Source: Octopus sinensis
Taxonomy: Eukaryota
NCBI RefSeq assembly: GCF_006345805.1
Contig: NC_043016.1
Coordinates: 20,646,001 to 20,710,000, forward strand
Direction: 5' to 3'
Length of the DNA stretch: 64,000 nucleotides
Shown: positions 51,703 to 64,000 of the stretch, piece after piece
Position numbering within the stretch: the first letter of the stretch is position 1
Layout: each line of letters begins with the position of its first letter
Notes under the pieces: generated by a model
Database searches by the model: none
What the model was told of the DNA's origin: nothing
The model's input: the letters and a program-made list of their open reading frames with translations, nothing else
Position numbers and translations under genes: made by a program

Positions 51703-54700
51703 TATGTTTCTTTATTAGCCACACAGGGTTGCACACAGACGGGACAGATTACAAAGTAGAGCTTTTCTTTTTTTGGAGAAAAAAAAAGTGGAGTAGGTTT
51801 TCGATAAAAAGGGATCGTAAAAGGGAAAGAAGAAAAAAAAGAAAAAAAGGAAAAGAAACAAAAGAAAAGAAAAAAGGAGAAAAAAAGGAAAAAAGGGGAA
51901 AAAGGAAAAAAATTATCAATAGGGATCGTGTATCACAGTGTCGTGATGTACGGTGTAAAGAGGGAAGCAGATACGGTTTATCCGTGGGAAGAAAAGCCTA
52001 CGGAAAAGACCACGGTAACCTCGGTCAATATTGTTACATGTTACCACATTTGTTTGCAAGTGGGTAACCCTCTGCTTTCAATTTCTGGGTTCATAGGATT
52101 ATGCTCAAGGTGGCTTCGTCATTCATACGTGCCATCCTTGCTACATTCACCCATCTTTTTTTAAAACATTCGCTAGACAAAACTTACCTCTCTACTCTCA
52201 CTCCTTCCTTTCAAGAGGTACTTGAAGAGTTGATGAGAGATTGACCAGAGAGGAAAGTGTTTGTCTCCAATCCTTTCAGACGCGTCCACCTGATACATTC
52301 TTTCGCCATAGCCACAAGGATGATGAAAATAGCTCTTCCTTCCCGTTTGAAGGAAGGAGGCGTGACAATATTGACGATAGACTCAGCTGATAAACCGACT
52401 CGTCCCACACGTGACAGCAGTTGTTCGACATAAGCCCACAGGTCGGAAATTGTTGGACACTGCACGAGTGCGTGCAGAACGGTCTCGTCGCTCTGACCGC
52501 ATCTCGGGCAGGTTGGCCCCGTGTTTCTCGAGCCGTATCTGTAGAGCTTATCCCGAACGGGTAGCGCTTCTCGGTAGCACTGCCAGGCCAGGGATCTCTG
52601 GAAGTTGTCCATGGGCCCTGGCCGAAAGTCGACCCGAACAGGCGGGTCAGGTATTCCTCGTCGACGTCCAGGTTCGCCCCGAGCTCGTCATCGTACTTCC
52701 CCTCCACTAATCCTCTATAGAATGCTTGGCTTGTGTTGGTGTCACTTAAGGTCGACCCGGGACGGCAGAGTTGCTTGAGAGCAACGCGACACTCGCGGTG
52801 CCATTCGCCCTTCCTCGGCCTCTTTTTGATCCACGACTGCAGTTCGGTCATGGAGACGAGTTGCGGGAAAGCGTGCCTCACAAACGGCGACCACACCTGT
52901 TCACCGTCGTCTACGTAGAACCTGAGGTGTAGCAGTCTCAGCGCGTGTCTGCGCATCATCAACCACGGCATGCCCAGTCCTCCTTTTAACGGGCGTTGAC
53001 AGCAAATGGATCGCCTGACCATCGGGACGCATCCTTTCCACAAGAAGCGAAAGAGAATGCGTTCTAGTTTGGTGATGGTAGGGTCGGGACAAGGCACGAC
53101 GGTCAGGCGGTAGTAAATGACGGACGCGATGTACGAGTTCGCCACCTCCGCCCGACCTTTTAGGGACAGTTTCCTCTCGGCCCATTGCCGGGCGAGAGTG
53201 ACCACCCTACTCGTTATCTCGTTCCAGTTCTTCTCCATTTGGAAGTCCGGACCAAACCAGATCCCAAGCAACTCGACCTGACCGTCGGTCCAGCGTCCCA
53301 CGACGGAGGCGCTGGTGGACGGCATGGGCTTGCTTCTTCAGGTGCCGAGTCGCAAGCCCACTGATTTTTCCCGGTTGATTTTCGCTCCTGTCACCGCTTC
53401 GTAGTTTTTCAGTGTCTCGCCGACCTGTTCGATGTGCTCGTGGCTAGACACTATGACGGTGACGTCGTCCGCGTATGCAGACACGCTCGTCCCGCATCCC
53501 AGTTCTCGCGGGATGCCCCTCAGAGTTGCCAACTTCCGCAATAATGGCTCGAGAGTCAATACGTATAGAAACGACGAGAGGGGGCATCCCTGACGGACCG
53601 AACGTGCGATGTCGAAAGGTCTCGATAGATGTCCATTTACGCGAATTACCGAACGGATGCCTCTGTACAAAGCGGCTATCCAGCCGCGGAAGACGGGAAC
53701 GAAACCAGCCGCTCTGAGGACAGTCTCTAAGTATCGATGGCCTACCCTATCGAAAGCTTTCGATTGATCCAAATTGATCAGCACCCCACCCATGCCAGGT
53801 TCCTTAACTACCCTGTCTATGATGTAGCGCATCAGGTGGAGGTTGTCATGGATGCTCCGGCCCGGCACGGCGTACGTTTGCGCCTTGTCGACCAGTTTCT
53901 CGATGACAAGCACCAACCTCTTGGCTAACACCTTGGCCAAAATTTTCAAGTCTGCATTAAGCAGAGTGATGGGCCTAAAGTTATCTATTACATTCCCCTT
54001 GTTTAGATCTTTCTTCAGCAGTGTTACGGCTTCTCGGCTCACAAAACCAAGAATGCTCCCGTTTTGCTGCCAGCTGCAGTACACCGCTGTCAAGACGTCT
54101 CCAAACAAGTCTTGCATACAACTGTAAAGCTCATAGGGTAGACCATCCAGACCCGGCGATTTGTCCCTCGAGCATTCTGCCATCGCGTCCTGCACTTCCG
54201 CCGCCGTGATGGCACCTTCGCAGCGCCCTGCCTCTCTTGTCGAGTGTCGTGGTAGGCTGTGTAGGTAGGCACTGAAGTCCACCCTACGTTCTTGCCTGCC
54301 ACTCGTCCCGAACAGTCGGGTAAAATGCTGTTGAAAGGCCTCACACATTTTACTTGGCTCGAGCAATTCGCGCCCCTGTTCATCTACCAGAGACCGAATA
54401 GTGGCTTTGTTGCCCTGTTGCGCCTCTGCCACCCAGGCCTCTCTCGCGGCTCCAGCACCTTCGTTCCTTAGAGCACGCATCCTAGCTCTGACGACACACC
54501 CTTCGTGTTTGGCGTTGAAGTGTTGGTCGAGGGCCAACCTTGCCGCCAAAACGTCGGATGCGATGCCGCTTCTAATTGCCTCTTCTAGTTTCTTAACTAG
54601 CTCACCCTCTACTCTATTTCTATCTATGGCTAGTGCTTTGCTGTACCTAATCGCTTCTGCTTTTACTGCTCTCTCGAGGGCAAACCACCATTTGTTGTTG

Positions 54701-56169
54701 ATGATGGCTCCCGTCAAAGCCCTGTTTACTAGTGTGCTAATCCGGTCTCTGAAAACCTGTCTCTATGGGAAAGACGCGTTTAGTTTCCAGTATCCGGGAC
54801 CCTGCCTATGTGTCTTACCTAAGTCTAGTGTACATGTCACAAGTTTGTGATCCGTGTAGCTGACTATGTGGAATTGTGGACATCCTATGCTATCTCTATC
54901 TACTGTCCTACACAGTATCCTATCTAGATACGATCTCGACGACCCGATACGGTTGCTCCATGTCCACGTTGGCGCATTCGGGTGGTTTAGTCGGAACCTG
55001 TCAGACAGTTGAGAGCGTCTGAGCGGGTCTCTGTGGCATTTGCATCCCCGTCTATTCCTATCTCTGCCCACGTAGTCTATATGCGTGTCCAAGGTAGCAT
55101 TCCAATCCCCCACTAAGAGTAAAGGACGAGACGTTCCCAAGAATACTTCTAGACGTTGAAAGAAATCCGCCCGACCTGTTATGGGCGGTGCGTAGACTGA
55201 GTCGAGTCGAAAAGCGCACCCATTGCTGCCATCGATATCCAGGATGACCAGTCTACCCTCCGGGTCTACGAATATTGTCTCTACTTTGAGATCCAGACTC
55301 TTGCGAAAAAGTACCGCGGTGCCACTACCGCCCATTCTTGGCAGACAGGGGGAAAATAAATGTTGAACTGTCCGCCAAACATGGTCTTTAGGGCCCGCGG
55401 ATTGTGGAGTCTGGTCTCACTTATGGCTATGATTTCTAACTTGTGTGACTTTATGTTATTTAAGAGGTACCCTTGGAAACAAGGGTACCCCAAGCCACGC
55501 GCATTTACGCAACCAATCTTGATCATAATCCTAATGAATTAGAATACAAGTGAAAGGAACAGAGGATTACTTACTGCTCGAAAGTTTTTGCTTTCTCCTC
55601 CTTTGGTTTGTCCTCGAGTAGATCCCAGTAAAGTTTCTTTGTGGGGTATTTTTGGCATTTACCAACCGCACTGGGGAAAATGCCTTTTACAGTGTGGTGC
55701 AGACTTCTGGAGATATGTAATATTTTGATGTGGTCCGGTGTGTTGTGTATGGGTGATTGTTTGTTTTAATGTCATCTTCTGTTATGTTTGTTTTTGATTT
55801 GATGTATTCCATCAAATTTGTGTTTTTGGTGTCTATAGCTGTGAGCTTGTTTGCTGTATATATTTTTGTGGTGTTGGTGTGGTTGTTGTTTGTGTTGGGT
55901 CTTGAAATGTCTTCGGGAGATGTATTTCCCCCTGCTGTGTTTGTGTTTGCATTTGGTTTGGTTGTGTTTCTGCTCTTTTTTCCTTCCTTTTCTAGCTATT
56001 TGCCATTCCTCACTGGTTTCGTCTTCCGACGAATTTTCTGAGGAATCAGAAGGGGGTAAGGGTATGTTGTAGGCTTCTATGTATGTCTGTGTAAGTGGTT
56101 GTGTTGTTGTTTTCGTTGCTGTTGGTTGTTGAGTGTTTGTGTGTGGTGAGTGCGGTATAAGGGATGGGG

Positions 56170-56171
<2 letters not shown>
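51703..56171 (-). mobile_element. Tx1-clade (L1 group) LINE, ~4.5 kb; partial ORF1 region plus complete but disrupted ORF2 (APE-RT-Zn)
   Basis: ORF2 starts at 55526 (IGCVNARGL, ISET, VYAP, GDWN, SYLDRI, YTDH, GPGYWKLNAS). RT motifs KSPGLDGLPYE, FRPITLLNADLKI, LDQSKAFDRV, GCPLSSFLY, SAYADDVT. C-terminal CPRCGQSDETVLHAL. At least two nonsense codons (54763-65, 53338-40) and two frameshifts (~55300, ~52610). Confidence 0.95.
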
Positions 56172-56233
<62 letters not shown>

Positions 56234-56712
56234 GATAGACAACAGGTGGGCGGGCAGGCAGGTAGGTAGTTAGGTAAGTAGGTAGCTAAGTAGGTAGGTA
56301 GGTAGGTAGGTAGGTAGGTAGTTAGGTAGGTTGGTAAGTAGGTAGGTAGGTAGGTTGGTAAGTAGGTAGGTAAGTAGGTAGGTAGGTAGGTAGGTAGGTA
56401 GGTAGGTAGGTAGGTAGGTAGGTAGGTAAGTAGGTAGGTATGTAGGTAGGCAGGTAGGTAGGCAGGCAGGTAGATAGGTAGGCAGGTAGATAGGTAGGTA
56501 GGTAGGTAAGTAGGTAAGTAGGTATGTAGGTAGGTAGGTAAGTAGGTAAGTAGGTAAGTAGGTAGGTAGGTAGGTAGTAGGTAGGTAGGTAGGTAAGTAG
56601 TTAAGTAGGTAGGTAGGTAGGTAGGTAGGTAGGTAGGTAGGTAGGTAGGTAAGTAGTTAAGTAGGTAGGTAGGTAGGTAGGTAGGTAGGTAGGTAGGTAG
56701 GTAGGTAGGTAG
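56172..56712. repeat. (GATA)n followed by a ~450-bp imperfect (GGTA)n array
   Basis: (GATA)n 56172-56236, then (GGTA)n with AGTA/GGCA variants from ~56260 to 56712. Confidence 0.95.
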
Positions 56713-57205
56713 GTTGTATTGTCACAATAGCAACTAACAAATTAAGTGCAAGTTTGTCAACACAATGTAACACAGGCTTCAAAAAAATAAGTACATATAT
56801 ATATATATTACGCATATTTAACTTTTTCTCGGCTGCTTGTGTGTATATGTGTGTATGTGTGCATGCGTCTGCTTGCGTGTGTGTGTGTGTGTATGCATCT
56901 GTGTGTGCGCGCGTGTGCATGTGCGTGTGTGTGTGTATGTGCAAGCGTTTCTGTACGTCTTTCAGCATACAGAGAAAGTAACACAGACTTTTAAAAAAAT
57001 GACGTTCACTATAATGACAGGTTGTTGTTGTTGTTGTGGTTGTTGTTGTTCTTGCTGTCGTTGTCGTCGTCGTTGTTGATGTTGGTGATGATGATGATGA
57101 TGATGATCGTGTGTGTGAAAGATCGAATTAAAATCTGCTTTAAGAAAAAAAAAGCAGGTTTGGTAGTTGAGCATATCACTGTGATCTTTGTATTATGTTT
57201 CTGCT

Positions 57206-57696
57206 TCAGAAGCAGGCAGATCTCCCTAGCACCATCACGATCATGCGCAAGGCCCAGCTGAGATGGGCGGGCCACGTCTCCCGCATGTCCGACACTCGCA
57301 TCCCAAAACAGCTCTTCTACGGTGAACTCAGCCAGGGCGAACGCAAAGTCGGAGGGCAGAAGAAGCGCTTCAAAGACAGTCTCAAAGTCTCTCTCAAAGA
57401 CTTCTCCATCGGCACAGAGACTTGGGAGACACTTGCTGCCGACCGCTCATCCTGGAGCAGCGCAATCACCACAGGAGCAAAGACAGCTGAGGAGAGACGG
57501 GTTCAGTCAGCAGAACAGAAACGCCAGATGCGGAAAGCCAGAGCCACCTGCACCAATAGCACAGCTCCTACCCACTTCTGCCCCACCTGTGGGAGGGGCT
57601 TCCTTGCCCGGATTGGCCTCACCAGCCACCTCCGGTCTCATAGCAGCAATTCCACCAAGTGATGTCAATGGTCATCTTCGAACCCGAAGGACGAAC
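57206..57696 (+). mobile_element. RTE (BovB-like) LINE 3' fragment with C-terminal C2H2 finger and TSD
   Basis: AQLRWAGHVSRMSDTRIPKQLFYGEL...GGQKKRFKDSLK...CPTCGRGFLARIGLTSHLRSH. 14-bp TSD ATTATGTTTCTGCT at 57192-57205 and 57697-57710. Confidence 0.92.
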
Positions 57697-57796
57697 ATTA
57701 TGTTTCTGCTGAAGGATCTATTTCATCTTGACTACGTCATTACTCGGCGGAGTATCGATGGGTTACGATTAGCAATAAAAATAATTGAAGGACATT

Positions 57797-58390
57797 GAAA
57801 CCCGAAGGCTTCACTGAGAATAATGAGCATGAGATCTTGAATTATTCGACAGTCCAGCGTGATTCAGTGATTGGTTTTCGGAGACCAGACATTGTTGTAG
57901 CAGATAAAATTGAATTGGTACGAGCATAAACCAGAAGGTGTCACCGAAAATAATGAGGATAAAATCTTGAGGGATTTTACAAACCAGTGTGACTCGGTGA
58001 TTGATGCTCGGAGATCAGACATTGCTGTAGCAGATAAAATGATGAAGGAAACCAAGATCATAGATATTGCCATACCTGGGAATGGCAATACGCGTGACTG
58101 ATAAATAACTGGAAAAGACTGAGAATTACAAGCCGCTAAAGATGAGATTGCACGAATGTTGACAACGGAGGAAGTAACTGTCATCTCGTTAGTTGTTGAG
58201 GCATTGGGAGAATTAACAACCAGATTTGAGAAATTTGTTGGAGAAATTGTAAATGACATGAGGGCAGAACATACTCAGAAAACTGATTTATTGAGGAGAG
58301 TGAGGAGATTGGTAACTAGATGTTAAGTATCGTGGAAAGAGACTCTCGGAGACCTTTGTCAGCAGGTTGTTCTCCGCTCGAAACCTGAAA

Positions 58391-58423
<33 letters not shown>
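57797..58423 (+). mobile_element. R4/Dong 3' fragment with internal ~120-bp duplication and (GAT)n tail
   Basis: WYEHKPEGVTEN..KILRDF..QCDSVIDARRSDI.V.DK...IIDIAIPG. 57797-57910 duplicates 57925-58040. Confidence 0.8.
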
Positions 58424-58425
<2 letters not shown>

Positions 58426-58984
58426 TGCCCTGATGCAGTACCAAGCAGTGACTTTCGTGGCTTCTGATCTTAACTGATTGAAAGTGTTATCATGTACATT
58501 GTTTAGTCTTGGTATAAAAGATGGGCTACAGCAAATATTCTACTCATTACCACAGATTTGCTTGTCAGTTGTTTGACCGTAACCAGTTGAGAATGTCCCT
58601 TAGTGGTTGACGATATGTGCATCCCTGATCACGAGCCGGAGTAGTGGGGGAGCATCATAGCCATGTGTTGAGAGGGATTCTTAGAGGTTTGAATAATTCA
58701 CCTCTGGAAACATGGGTGGTTCGTTCAACGTCCTTAAACAACCCTTATTCAGGAAGCTTTTGAGCGGGATGGGTTACTCGACCAGAAGAAAATTCTAACT
58801 GGGCCCCACCTGCAAGGTCATGTGCTGTTTATCTTGATATGAGATCGCCATGTCGCGCACGTATAGTTGTGATGCATGTGCCTGGTGTACCCTTATCAGA
58901 CGGGTAGTCATGATGGGTATATTGGACTTCGTATATTTTACCCAAGTGTCACTTTGATGGCATGCACTGCTCTCTCACTCAATA

Positions 58985-59031
<47 letters not shown>
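58424..59031 (+). mobile_element. Retroposed repeat family D, full length
   Basis: Same 5' start AATGCCCTGATGCAGTACC and same 3' end as the 50767 copy. Flanked by (GAT)n. Confidence 0.85.
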
Positions 59032-59033
<2 letters not shown>

Positions 59034-59039
59034 GAAAGA

Positions 59040-61640
59040 GGGGTTCCAGGCTACTCTGGATGCTTCGAACAAATATCAGCAATCAGCCATATCATTAAAG
59101 AAGTAATAGAAGAACGACTCACTCTCCCATTTATGGCTGGATCTTACCAAAGCGTAACCAAATGTGCCACACCAGCTAGTCCACAGTGCATTGAAGTACT
59201 ACCAAGTACCAGCAGAAGTAGTCATAATGTCCCACTTGGATTCGCTGAAGATGAGGATGAGCGTGGAAAACTTCACTTCTAAATGTCAACGATTGGGAAA
59301 GGACATTATAGCAGAGTGCACAATTTCGGTGGTGCTATTTTGTGGCAGCCATAAGCCTTCTACTAGAGGTAGGAGGGAAGCAATCGCGATTCCGAAACTG
59401 ACGGAAAGTATAGCGTTCATGGACTTCATAACGGTTATAACACCATCAATCGAAGGAAAATAGCGGACACTGAGCTCGCAGGAAAATATGGCCACATGGT
59501 CACGGTTGAAGTTCAATCCAGTGGAATCTCAGAACCTGAATATTCTTAAAGGAAAGCAGACAAATGACACCTTCAGCATTCAGGGATCTGGGTTTTCGAC
59601 AATCCATTGAAAAAGATTGCCTTGAGAAAAATTAAGGATATTGACATTGCCGAAGACACCAAATCCCCACTAGACAACAAGCTACGGGCATTTGATAGAA
59701 ACCAGCTTCTTGAGAGATTCAAAGTATTGCGCTTCCGGTATTGCATAATACCTAGACAACGGTGACCATTTTGGCTTCAGACTTTGCCATGACTGGAGTA
59801 GAGGCAATGGAGAGGCTGTGCAATAAATTCATGTGATGGTAACAGAGCATTTCCCCATCTTTCAGCTCAGTCAATCTGTACAGCAAGACCTCTAATCTCC
59901 GCCTACTAATTTAATCAGTGACGGAAGAATTTAAAGCCACAAAGGCAAGACCAATCATCATGTTGATTTTGTCTGAAGATGAGAATGTCAAACACACCAA
60001 GACCATAAAGTGTGGCAGAAAATAGAAACACCCAGAAAGTTGTGAAGGATGCAGAGACATACTGGAAATACCAGAAGATTGTTAGTGTAGTCTATCAAGG
60101 ACAACTAGCCCTTGGCAATTTCAGTACCAAGAGACGGAAAAACACCAATACCAGGGGCAGGGGAGAGCTCGTAGAAAATTATCTGTGATTCAACAGAAGA
60201 GGATCGCCGATTGAGGGCTGTAGGGCGTGCCCACCAGGTCAATGGATATAGTGGGACCAAGCACTCGAGCGCCCAGTCCTGGAAAGAACTGACCCACTGG
60301 CCAAGGGAGATTTCCTTCCTCCTTCGTGCTGTCACTGGCCTCTTGCCAACCCCCAAATAACCATAAAACATGGGATAAAGAAAAAGCAGTGTAGAACAAC
60401 TCTTTGCACCTTGAACCACATTTTGACTGGATGCCTTAAGGTGCTGGGAGAAGGCCCATACAAGTAGAGACATGATAAGATTCTTGAAGAAATTGCCAAG
60501 TGGACTTATCTGCAAAGGTCGGGTCAAGTATGAGGACATGCGCCGTTGCTATGTGTGTGTAGCTGCATTCACCATTTGTCGGTATATTGCCGGATCATCT
60601 CAGATAACCCGTCGAGCAGAGTCCCAGTTCGTTTCCATCTTTGCGAGATGCCTCCTCATCTTCCGTAACCATGTGACATGTGATCAACTTGTATGAGGTG
60701 TCAACTGAACTGGATCTTGAGTAAAGAGAACACGGTAAGTAGAGTCTGGCAAGGCGGCGAGCTGGCAGAAACGTTAGCACGCCGGGCGAAATGCTTAGCG
60801 GTATTTCGTCTGCCGCTACGTTCTGAGTTCAAATTCCGCCGAGGTCGACTTTGCCTTTCATCCCTTCGGGATCGATTAAATAAGTACCAGTTACGCACTG
60901 GAGTCGATATAATCGACTTAATCCGTTTGTCTGTCCTTGTTTGTCCTCTCTGTGTTTAGACCCTTGTGGGTAGTAAAGAAATAGGTAAGTAGAGTCTGAC
61001 TCAACAAATCAAGCAACATAGCCAAACAGTCTGACCTGGCGCTCCTGAATCATATGAGTAACAAGATGCATCCCAGTTTCTGAGTAGAGTCATTGGTTGG
61101 ATACGAAATCCAACCAATGGCAACTCATAGTCCTACAAAAGGGTGAAGGCTAATAAACACCAGCCACCATCAAATGGTATCAAATTCCTAAAGGAAGGCG
61201 ACTAGGCTCCCAAGGATAAGCAGTAGTAGGGAACTCGTTTTCTATTTTGCGTTCAGCCTCAAACTGGAAGATGCAAGTGATCCTGAGGGGTGGACTAATC
61301 GTTCCAGAGAAGATAGCGGTAACATCACTCCAACCAGACATATTTTGGTCGAATTAACAATGCCCTGAAAGGACAGGCTCGATCCTTCCCATCAGGTAAA
61401 AAATAATATATCAGGAATGAGTTGACGAGGCCCTTATGAAGCTATGATGACAAGCGGCCTCATTCCCTATCGAAGTTAGCTGTCGTGGCTTTCCATCTAG
61501 ATTAGTGTGGTACTTCCTGCAGAACACAAGTCTGGAACCTAGACAACTGGAGAAAGCCATCAAGGAAATAAGCATGACAGCAGAAAACAGCTCAAAGTGG
61601 CTTCGCTTGAAAAGCGACCGCAGGTGAAACCCTGCTGTAG
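59040..61640 (+). mobile_element. HERO-like LINE, decayed RT through Zn-knuckle/RLE
   Basis: GYSGCFEQ, LWLDLTKA, VPHQLVHSALKYYQVP, ECTISVVLF, EISFLLRAV.GLLPTP, RHDKILEEIA, and IEVSCRGF near 61475. Confidence 0.75.
60749..60983 (+). mobile_element. SINE family A, full length
   Basis: 15-bp TSD GGTAAGTAGAGTCTG at 60734-60748 and 60984-60998. Confidence 0.93.
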
Positions 61641-61659
61641 GTGAAGACCAGTTCAGTCC

Positions 61660-62758
61660 TCACTGCCCCACTCAGGCAAAGCGTACAGATATAGGCATGG
61701 AGTTTGGCACCGATAATATGCAATATTAGTCATGAGAAGGGGACATGTAGTCGAATCTGACAGAGTTCTAACTACAAAAATGAAAACGAAAATTGAGACG
61801 GAGTACATCACAAGGGTGGGGAAGCTAATGAAATCAAAGCTATGTGGTCTGAATCTAGTGAAGGCTGTATCATTACACAGATACTCGGCAGGTTTTGTAG
61901 ATTGAACAAAAACTGAATTAGCAGAGCTAGGCAGAAGAATTAGGAAGGAATTCAATATGAATGGAGGACTCCACCAAAAGGCAGGAGTAGCAAGGTTATA
62001 CTTACCTAGAAAGGAATACTGAAGAGTGTTAATATCAGTAGAAGACGGCGTGGGTTTACCTAGAGTAGACTCCCATGTAGGTAACAGTGAAGAGAGAGCT
62101 TATTAAAAGTTGCTAGAGTCACAGCAAGACATAGAGAAAACAAAAACCCAAACGAAGTTAAAAACCAAAAAAACTACAGAAATTATCTGACTGGCAAGAG
62201 AAGGCGTTGCATGGTAGATTCCCAATAAGGCGGCGAGCTGGCAGAAACGTTAGCATGACGGGCGAAATTCGTAGCCGTATTTCGTCTGCCGTTACGTTCT
62301 GAGTTCAAATTCCGCCGAGGTCGACTTTGCCTTTCATCCCTTCGGGGGTCGATTAAATAAGTACCAGTTACGCACTGGGGTCGATGTAATCGACTTAATC
62401 CGTTTGTCTGTCCTCGTTTGTCCTCTCTGTGTTTAGCCCCTTGTGGGTAGCAAAGAAATAGGTATTTCGTCTGCCGTTACGTTCTGAGTTCAAATTCCGC
62501 CGAGGTCGACTTTGCCTTTCATCCCTTCGGGGTCGATTAAATAAGTACCAGTTACGCACTGGGGTCGATGTAATCGACTTAATCCTTTTGTCTGTCCTCG
62601 TTTGTCTCCTCTGTGTTTACCCCATTTTGTGGGTAGTAAAGAAATAGGTGGATTCCCAATGATAGTTGCAACAAATAGTAGTTGTGAGACATGACTATGG
62701 TGCAGAAAGGGAAGCTGAAAAGGGAGACTGAAAGTTTGTTAGTAGCTGCACAAGATCA
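61660..62758 (+). mobile_element. R4/Dong LINE fragment (RT thumb to AQDQ motif), interrupted by a SINE dimer
   Basis: TDIGMEFG, LMKSKLCGLNLVKAV, RLYLPRKE, KLKRETESLLVAAQDQ. Confidence 0.8.
62227..62646 (+). mobile_element. SINE family A head-to-tail dimer (full copy plus 5'-truncated copy)
   Basis: The second unit starts at ~62461 (GGTATTTCGTCTGCC). One TSD pair GGT(A/G)GATTCCCAAT at 62213-62226 and 62647-62660. Confidence 0.9.

Positions 62759-64000
<1,242 letters not shown>

Noticed and set aside
57195-57662. Host C2H2 zinc-finger gene (cephalopods have a large C2H2 expansion)
   Set aside because: The single finger is the C-terminus of an RTE ORF (LRWAGHV motif) bounded by a TSD.

Overview
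Repeat-saturated, AT-rich eukaryotic DNA. The SINE families and microsatellite load look like an octopus (coleoid cephalopod) genome; this is inference from recognition, not a database result. I found no convincing host protein-coding gene, rRNA, true tRNA or CRISPR array. The window is a nested set of mobile elements. Retroelements: three tRNA-headed SINE families, a non-Pol III retroposed ~560-bp repeat, CR1-like, RTE, R4/Dong, HERO-like and Tx1 LINE fragments, and Penelope-like elements. DNA elements: Tc1, mariner and Tigger relics, MITEs, and Helitrons (two non-autonomous families plus a Rep relic). There are many microsatellites and one 100-N gap. The main results are three. (1) A ~4.5-kb Tx1 LINE sits between two (GATA)n arrays. 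(2) Its last 44 nt match the 3' tail of the dominant SINE (35/44, ungapped), which suggests a SINE/Tx1 partnership. (3) All five TSD-bounded copies of that SINE have TSDs starting GGTA or (A)GGAT. All alignments and translations were done by eye, and boundaries without TSDs are approximate.
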